Source of the DNA: Candidatus Doudnabacteria bacterium RIFCSPHIGHO2_01_FULL_46_24
Lineage (GTDB): Bacteria; Patescibacteriota; Doudnabacteria; UBA920; O2-02-FULL-48-8
Assembly: GCA_001777575.1 (NCBI GenBank)
Contig: MFEL01000010.1
Location: forward strand, 84,661 to 148,660
Direction: 5' to 3'
DNA: 64,000 nucleotides
Part shown: positions 58,035-64,000 of the stretch, piece after piece
Numbering within the stretch: position 1 is the stretch's first letter
Layout of the letters: every line of letters begins with the position of its first letter
The notes under the pieces: model-generated
Told to the model about the DNA's origin: nothing
Databases searched by the model: none
The model's input: the letters and a program-made list of their open reading frames with translations, nothing else
Position numbers and translations under genes: made by a program

Positions 58035-59267
58035 ATGCGCCTGAAATACTACCTTTTAGCAAACGAAGAAAATGACTACCAACCATGGATTCTGCGTTCC
58101 AGCGCGTTGGCGATATTTTGTTTGACCCTTTGGGGGCTTAGGATATTAATCCCCCTTTCCTTCACTTATGCTTCTCCCGGCATTGATCCCGTGGATTTGA
58201 TGAACCGGATAAACGCCGAGCGCACCAACCGTTTTGTTCCCGCTCTTATAACCAACCAAAAGCTCATTTCCGCCGCAGCAAGCAAGGCGGGAGACATGAT
58301 AGACCGCGGTTACTTCGCCCACGTCGACCCGGACGGCAATTACGTCTGGCCGCGGATTGAAGCGGCCGGCTATAACCCCTACCTGACTCTGGGAGAAAAT
58401 CTGGCCATGGATTTCAACTCAGCAGCTCCGCTTATGGAAGCTTGGATGAATTCACCCACTCACCGCGCCAACATCGTCAACGAAAAATTCCAGGACCAGG
58501 GCTTGGCTGTGGCTGAAGGCTTGTTTGAGCCTGGGCACAATACGATTACAGTCGCCAGCTTGTTTGGAACCCTGCTGAAACCGGCAACTCCGACCCCACA
58601 GCCAACACCAGCGCCATCATCCGGTCCCGCTCCTTCGCCGGTTCCGACTCCAGTCCCCGCTCCGGCTCCGACTACTCCAGGACCGCAGCCTCAGCCAGCG
58701 CTTCTTCCTGCCAAAACACCACCCCCGCCGCCTGCTCCCCAACTCCCCTTACCCCCCCAACCCACTATAAGCATCAATCCCGACATCAAACTTAACCAAA
58801 AATTCATCGGCGACAACCAAATCCTGGAACTGGACGTAATTATCTCCGGCAACCCCAAAACCGCGACCGCCGCTATCAAAGACAAAAAAATCCAACTTCT
58901 GCCCTCAGCCATCATCGGGCAATACCTGGGAGTTTTGACCTTTCCCGCAGCCGCCAACTTGTCAGAAGAAAAATTAACAATTGCGGCGGATGGCATCAGC
59001 AGCCAATTTGACCTCAATCATTTGAAAGAAAAAAAACCAACAGCCGAAAACTCGGTTGTCGGCGGGCCTGCGGGTCAGGAAACCGCATTTCCCATAATTC
59101 TTAAAATTGTCTTCACCGTCTTTGCCGCCGTCTATTTGACTTTCCTTGTCGTTGATTCAATAATTATCCATCGGTCAAGAATAAAACGGGTCAACCCCCA
59201 TTCGAGCTCGCACTCGCTGTTATTGATGCTGATTATTGCCTTGAATTTCATCTCAATCTGGCTCTGA
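58035..59267 (+). CDS. CAP/SCP-domain membrane protein
   Basis: INAER, KAGDM...YFAH, GENLA, WMNSPTHRANI; Pro-rich linker; C-terminal TMs. Confidence 0.88.
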   Translation: MRLKYYLLANEENDYQPWILRSSALAIFCLTLWGLRILIPLSFTYASPGIDPVDLMNRINAERTNRFVPALITNQKLISAAASKAGDMIDRGYFAHVDPDGNYVWPRIEAAGYNPYLTLGENLAMDFNSAAPLMEAWMNSPTHRANIVNEKFQDQGLAVAEGLFEPGHNTITVASLFGTLLKPATPTPQPTPAPSSGPAPSPVPTPVPAPAPTTPGPQPQPALLPAKTPPPPPAPQLPLPPQPTISINPDIKLNQKFIGDNQILELDVIISGNPKTATAAIKDKKIQLLPSAIIGQYLGVLTFPAAANLSEEKLTIAADGISSQFDLNHLKEKKPTAENSVVGGPAGQETAFPIILKIVFTVFAAVYLTFLVVDSIIIHRSRIKRVNPHSSSHSLLLMLIIALNFISIWL

Positions 59268-59274
59268 TAGAACT

Positions 59275-60189
59275 TTAATCTATCCGCGGGGCAAAATCTG
59301 AACCGGCGATCAGGAAAGACAACACCAAAACCATCATGGCCAGATACTCCAAGGCCATTTTTTTTGTGAGCGTTTTTTCCAGATGATGATGCAATAAGGC
59401 CCAAAGGCTGTTATATACAGCCAACAAGGCCAGGCCAGCGGTCAGATAATTTCTGTCCCAATACTGATCCAAGACCAGGCTTCCCGCTGCCATCACCGCT
59501 GCAATTCCAAATATCCAGGGGTAAACCTTGGGCCATAACAATTTATGCTGGAATAATGATTGGTAGACCAAAATAAAAGCCAGGCTAAAGATCCCCAAAA
59601 CCAGCAAGCGGACTTCCAGGCCAAAATACCAAATCACCCCGAAAGTAGCGGAAAAAATAAGGAACGCGGCGAATAATTTCACCAAAAAAAGAGCCTTGAC
59701 TCCGAATTCGTGCATTTCCAATTTCTTGCTCAAAAAATCCTTAAAATACCAGTACGCCACGGTTTGGGCCAAACTAGCCGAAACCACGATCAGCTGCTTG
59801 ATCTCTTCCCGGAAAGGATTGAGAAACAGCAAAATGACCACGGCCCAATAAATGATGGCGGGCAAAACCAAAAAATTCTGGAAATGGCGGATGTAGTGCC
59901 AGTTGAAAACATGCTCAAACCTCTCCTTAAGGGCCTGACGAATGAGTCCTCTGTCCAGCTCCCCGCTCAGATAAGCCCCCAAGACGCTGCGCTTTTTGGC
60001 ATGCAGATCAAAGATAAAGGTCAGCCAGAAGACATGAAAAAAATAAATGTAAAAGGAAACATAAACGTAGGTCTTGATCTGGTAAATTCCGGCAATGAAA
60101 CTGAGGGCCTCAAACCCCAAAAACGCCCCGATTGAGACGATCAGCGTAGAAAGAAACTTATGCTTTGATTCGCTCATGAGCTTTCTCAT
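59275..60189 (-). CDS. Multi-pass membrane protein of unknown function
   Basis: About 9 hydrophobic segments. Confidence 0.75.
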   Translation of the reverse strand: MRKLMSESKHKFLSTLIVSIGAFLGFEALSFIAGIYQIKTYVYVSFYIYFFHVFWLTFIFDLHAKKRSVLGAYLSGELDRGLIRQALKERFEHVFNWHYIRHFQNFLVLPAIIYWAVVILLFLNPFREEIKQLIVVSASLAQTVAYWYFKDFLSKKLEMHEFGVKALFLVKLFAAFLIFSATFGVIWYFGLEVRLLVLGIFSLAFILVYQSLFQHKLLWPKVYPWIFGIAAVMAAGSLVLDQYWDRNYLTAGLALLAVYNSLWALLHHHLEKTLTKKMALEYLAMMVLVLSFLIAGSDFAPRID

Positions 60190-60914
60190 AAACCTCGAAA
60201 TGTAGCCTTCTTTCTCGCTAACTCTGCGGCTCTAAATAATGACTCAAACGTTCCCGCATCAATCCATTCGCCTTTTAATATTTCCGCCTGGAGTTGGTCT
60301 TTGGCTAGATACCAATTGTTCAGGTCTGTAATCTCAAGCTCTCCTCTAGCTGAGGGTTTCTGTGCCTTGGCCGCTTCAACCACCTGGCTGTCATAAATAT
60401 AGATGCCGGTTTGCGCAAAAGGTGATTTGGGGATTTGTGGCTTCTCTTCAATGCTGATGACCTTATTATCTTTCCCAAACTCCACTATGCCAAGCCTGGT
60501 TCTATCTTCCTTGGGAACTTCTTTGACGAAAATTTTTGCACCGCCGGAGAAACTATTAAGGCTTTCAGTAATGTCGTCCTCGAAAATATTATCTCCCAAA
60601 ATCATGCACACACTGTCGTTCTCGATAAAATGCTCGCCGATAATAAAGGCTTGGGCCAGGCCTTCCGGTTTATCCTGCACTTCGTAGGCAAACCTTGCGC
60701 CGAACTCTTTCCCGCTCCCTAAAAGTTTCAAATAATCACCGGCATGATCAGGCGCGACAATAATCAAAATATCTTTAATGCCGGCGTTTAACAAAGCCCG
60801 CAGCGGATACATAATCATGGGCTTGTCATAAACCGGCAAAAGCTGTTTGCTGGTGACGCGAGTCAGCGGCAGCAAGCGTGATCCATGCCCACCGGACAAA
60901 ATTATTCCCTTCAT
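60186..60914 (-). CDS. rmlA: Glucose-1-phosphate thymidylyltransferase (short form)
   Basis: GIILSGGHGSRL.P.T...SKQLLPVYDKPMI, LGDN, RGELEITD, WIDAGT. Confidence 0.92.
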   Translation of the reverse strand: MKGIILSGGHGSRLLPLTRVTSKQLLPVYDKPMIMYPLRALLNAGIKDILIIVAPDHAGDYLKLLGSGKEFGARFAYEVQDKPEGLAQAFIIGEHFIENDSVCMILGDNIFEDDITESLNSFSGGAKIFVKEVPKEDRTRLGIVEFGKDNKVISIEEKPQIPKSPFAQTGIYIYDSQVVEAAKAQKPSARGELEITDLNNWYLAKDQLQAEILKGEWIDAGTFESLFRAAELARKKATFRGL

Positions 60915-60929
60915 GTTTAGAAATTAGAG

Positions 60930-60952
60930 CTTGCCCCGTACTTGGTACGGGG
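60930..60952. repeat. Small palindrome nested in ttagaaa heptamers
   Basis: cttg-ccccgtac-ttg-gtacgggg. Confidence 0.55.
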
Positions 60953-61786
60953 TCAATTAGAAATTAGAAATTCTTTTAAGGCCTCAGTCCACGGACGAAG
61001 CTCGATAAATTTCGTGTTGTTCAAAATGCCATACTTTGGCCTTTTGGCGAGACGCTTAAGCTGGTCAGAAGAAACTTGGGTAAGCTTCACCTGGATTCCT
61101 TTGATGGTAAGAATCTCATTGGCCCAATCATACCAGCTGGTTTGCCCCGAATTGGTCAGATGATAAATGCCAAACGGTTTCTTTTGCTCAACAAGAGCTG
61201 CCGCGGCTTGTGCCAGATCAACTACGTATGTAGGGTTGCTAAACTCATCATCAATTGCGTCAATACTCTCGCCTTTTTCGGCCTTCTCAAGCATCAGATC
61301 AATGAAACTTCTTTTCCCCGCCCCTTTCCCGCCATACAACCAGGCGGTCCTGACAAGGTAATATTTTTCGCAATTCTTATTAAGCTCTATCTCCCCCATC
61401 AACTTGGATTTGCCGTAAGCATTCAAGGGGTTGGGCAAGTCATCCTCATTATACCCCTCACTTTTGTTTCCATCAAAGACATAGTTGCTGCTGAAGTGAA
61501 CCAGAGTTGCCCCGATGGCATTACAAGCATGGGCAATGTATCCGACCGCAGCGCCATTGATATTTTCCGCCAACAGCCGGCCCTCGCCTTCGGCCTTATC
61601 AACGGCATTATAAGCCGCACAATTAAAAATTAAATCCGGCTTGAGCCCGCTGATTTTTTGCATCACTGCCGCCTCGTCAGTAATATCCAGCTCTTCCCGA
61701 TCCCAAAGCGTGGGCTTGGCGGCCTTGTAAACCTTCCCCAACTCCGGCCCCAAATTCCCCTTGCTTCCAATAATTAAAACCTTCAT
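60953..61786 (-). CDS. rmlD: dTDP-4-dehydrorhamnose reductase
   Basis: GSKGNLG, NCAAY.AVDKAE, YVFDG, YGKSK, RP. Confidence 0.93.
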   Translation of the reverse strand: MKVLIIGSKGNLGPELGKVYKAAKPTLWDREELDITDEAAVMQKISGLKPDLIFNCAAYNAVDKAEGEGRLLAENINGAAVGYIAHACNAIGATLVHFSSNYVFDGNKSEGYNEDDLPNPLNAYGKSKLMGEIELNKNCEKYYLVRTAWLYGGKGAGKRSFIDLMLEKAEKGESIDAIDDEFSNPTYVVDLAQAAAALVEQKKPFGIYHLTNSGQTSWYDWANEILTIKGIQVKLTQVSSDQLKRLAKRPKYGILNNTKFIELRPWTEALKEFLISN

Positions 61787-62241
61787 TTTACGAGGCCTTG
61801 TTCTAATTCTTCCTGCATATATTCTACTTGCTCATCTTTTAATTCCGGATCGTAAGCCGGGTCCGGATAATTGATAAGCCATCCTTCCTCATCGCCGATG
61901 TTTTCCAGACCAGTGGCAACATTGTTGGGAATGAAAAGTCTTTCCGGTTTACCGGCTTCCAAAGTATGCTCTGACCTCACCCATTTTTCCCCTTCCTCCC
62001 CTTTTTCCCTTTGATAAGTAATAATTCTCATTTTTCCCTTCAGGCAAACATACCGCGCCGCGCGAACGCGGTGGAGGTGATAACCCTTAAACGCGCCAGG
62101 CAAGGCCGCCGAAAGATAAACCTCGGTTTTTTTGCCGTCAGGCGACTTAAACATTTCCATGAGCCAGCCATTTGAATTTCCGAAATGGTCCTTGGTTTCG
62201 ATTTTCTCCGCCTGCTCTAACCGAACTTTATCTTCAGACAT
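61783..62241 (-). CDS. RmlC-like cupin sugar epimerase
   Basis: KGYHLH, LFIP..VA.G; lies between rmlB and rmlD. Confidence 0.75.
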   Translation of the reverse strand: MSEDKVRLEQAEKIETKDHFGNSNGWLMEMFKSPDGKKTEVYLSAALPGAFKGYHLHRVRAARYVCLKGKMRIITYQREKGEEGEKWVRSEHTLEAGKPERLFIPNNVATGLENIGDEEGWLINYPDPAYDPELKDEQVEYMQEELEQGLVK

Positions 62242-62314
62242 ACGATTATATTAAGGTTAAAATACGTTAAAATATTTTAACTATTATACCATGCATAAAA
62301 AACGAAATTATCCG

Positions 62315-63316
62315 TTACCGGCCGAGCTTGAAGTAAAATTTTTCGACTCCGGCTTTCAGCGGCTTCCACCAGGATTCATTTTTTACATACCATTCAACGG
62401 TTTTGGAAAGCCAATCCTCAAAACTATGCTGCGGCGCCCAACCTAATTCCTTTTTCAGTTTGCTCCAATCAACGGCGTATTTTACGTCATGCCCCGGCCT
62501 GTCGGCGACTTCCTTCAACATTGATTCATCCTTGCCCATGATTTGCAAAATCTTCATCGCAACTTGCTTGTTGCTGATTTCGGAGGTCTGTCCGCCAACG
62601 CAATAAGTCTCGCCTGCCTTGCCTTTTTGCAGCACCAGATCGATGGCCTTGCAGTGGTCTTCCACGTGCAGCCAGTCGCGGATTTGATTGCCTGGTTTAT
62701 AAATGGGAACGGGTTTACCTTCTAAAACGTTGGTAATGGCACGCGGTATAAATTTTTCCGGATTCTGGTAAGGACCGAAATTATTGGAGCAATTGCTAAT
62801 GGTCGCTTCCAAACCGTACGTGTTGTAATAGGCTGAAACCAAATGGTCTGACGCGGCTTTGGAGGCGGCATACGGGCTGCGGGGATCAAATTTGGTTTGC
62901 TCATCAAATTTATAATGCTCATCAAGCGGAATATGGCCGAATACTTCGTCAGTAGAAATGTGATGGAAACGTTTTTTGTGCTTTTCCGCCGCATCCAGCA
63001 GCACCTGCGTCCCCACGACATTGGTTTGGATAAATTCATCAGGGCCGAGAATGGAGCGGTCCACGTGACTTTCCGCCGCAAAGTTAACTACAATATCTAC
63101 GTCCCGCATTGCTTCCTCAACCGCTTTCGGATTCGCAATATCGCTGTGGATAAAAGTATAACGAAGATCACCTTCGTAAGCCTTCAGGTTGTCTAAATTG
63201 CCGGCGTAAGTCAATTTGTCCAGATTGACAATTTCGCAATCCGGATATTTGCCAAAAAGATAATGGATAAAGTTAGAGCCAATAAATCCAGCCCCGCCAG
63301 TGATTAGATACTTCAT
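62315..63316 (-). CDS. rmlB: dTDP-glucose 4,6-dehydratase
   Basis: GGAGFIGS, DKLTYAGN, AAESHVDRS, STDEV, YAASK, DRPGHD. Confidence 0.96.
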   Translation of the reverse strand: MKYLITGGAGFIGSNFIHYLFGKYPDCEIVNLDKLTYAGNLDNLKAYEGDLRYTFIHSDIANPKAVEEAMRDVDIVVNFAAESHVDRSILGPDEFIQTNVVGTQVLLDAAEKHKKRFHHISTDEVFGHIPLDEHYKFDEQTKFDPRSPYAASKAASDHLVSAYYNTYGLEATISNCSNNFGPYQNPEKFIPRAITNVLEGKPVPIYKPGNQIRDWLHVEDHCKAIDLVLQKGKAGETYCVGGQTSEISNKQVAMKILQIMGKDESMLKEVADRPGHDVKYAVDWSKLKKELGWAPQHSFEDWLSKTVEWYVKNESWWKPLKAGVEKFYFKLGR

Positions 63317-63331
63317 AATAAGCTCATAATA

Positions 63332-64000
63332 CTAGATTACCTTATACTTGCGCAAAAAGCCGACTGCCACAAGTCCGCTTAGGAAAAACAGGATCCCGCT
63401 TAAAAAAAACGCGGTTTGGATCGAATAAGCATCCGCCGCCCAGCCGACAAACGGCCCGACTATGGCAAATATCAGTCGAGCTATCAGGTTTTTTATCGAA
63501 AGCACAGTCGCCCGAATATCGGATGATATTAACCGGTTCACGTAATCCTTAAGCACCGGGGTATTAATGCCGCGGACAAAGTAAAAAATCAAAAATGCAG
63601 GAATGATCCAAATTGCCCCGAACTTTGCAACCAGCATGTACCCAGTCAGTGTCAAAAATGTCAAAGAAACGAGCGAGGCAGTTTTGCCGAAAAATGACTC
63701 AATCCTGTGCGCATAAAAAGCGGTGACAGCCGTGGCAAATTGCAGGATGGCCCAAGCAATGCCAAACAGCGCCAGTGGCAAGCCAACTTGGGCCAGGAAA
63801 GGCTGAATAAACCAAACCACGCCAATTCCCGATGCTGAGATCAGGGAAGAATATATAATCAGCCATTTGACTTCAGCATGTTCGTGCAGGGAAAATTTAA
63901 CCACGCGCCAAAGCGTTTTGAAATTGCCTTCGATGTTATTCAGCGTGCTGCGTGCTGGCTCCACCAAACTGAGGGCGATTGGGATTGAAAAAAATACCAA
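63332..64000 (-). CDS. MFS transporter, C-terminal half (runs off window)
   Basis: Six TM helices, IRATVLS motif. Confidence 0.8.
   Translation of the reverse strand: MVFFSIPIALSLVEPARSTLNNIEGNFKTLWRVVKFSLHEHAEVKWLIIYSSLISASGIGVVWFIQPFLAQVGLPLALFGIAWAILQFATAVTAFYAHRIESFFGKTASLVSLTFLTLTGYMLVAKFGAIWIIPAFLIFYFVRGINTPVLKDYVNRLISSDIRATVLSIKNLIARLIFAIVGPFVGWAADAYSIQTAFFLSGILFFLSGLVAVGFLRKYKVI

Noticed and set aside
8733-61633. Long antisense ORFs (e.g. 8733-9548, 28066-28734, 43700-44359, 47241-47957, 61076-61633)
   Set aside because: They are shadows of well-supported genes on the opposite strand and have no motifs.
1-64000. Recoded UGA (code 25) as in Gracilibacteria/Absconditabacteria
   Set aside because: Conserved genes are intact under code 11 and several end in TGA at expected lengths (metK, murB, hpf).

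Overview
64 kb of chromosome from a reduced-genome bacterium that looks like Patescibacteria/CPR. This is inferred from the short AlaS and MetK, the cupin-type GPI, SD-less core genes and the DUF11/sortase surface proteins. Genetic code 11; almost everything is on the minus strand. Contents: secA; a speA-DHS-like-speB-metK polyamine operon; murG/patatin/murC/murB/hpf; glycosyltransferase, Wzx/Wzy, rml and galE glycan genes; RNase P RNA; the infA-rpmJ-rpsM-rpsK-rpsD-rpoA-rplQ-rplM-rpsI block; alaS, ctpA, rarA; secreted repeat proteins; and a sortase with three APx(T/S)G-anchored substrates. Main finding: three separate TrpR/YerC-like genes, each bracketed by a direct repeat of its own 28-bp palindrome. 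All sites share an 11-6-11 architecture, TACT-N4-TAC-N6-GTA-N4-AGTA, but the arms and spacer are cassette-specific. This suggests either diversified repressor/operator cassettes or site-specifically mobilised mini-modules. Other observations: infA has no canonical start codon (probably AUU); the same hairpin occurs twice in RNase P RNA; there are MITE-like elements, and many palindromic or heptamer repeats are translated in-frame inside housekeeping genes. All calls come from reading the sequence by eye; no searches were run.
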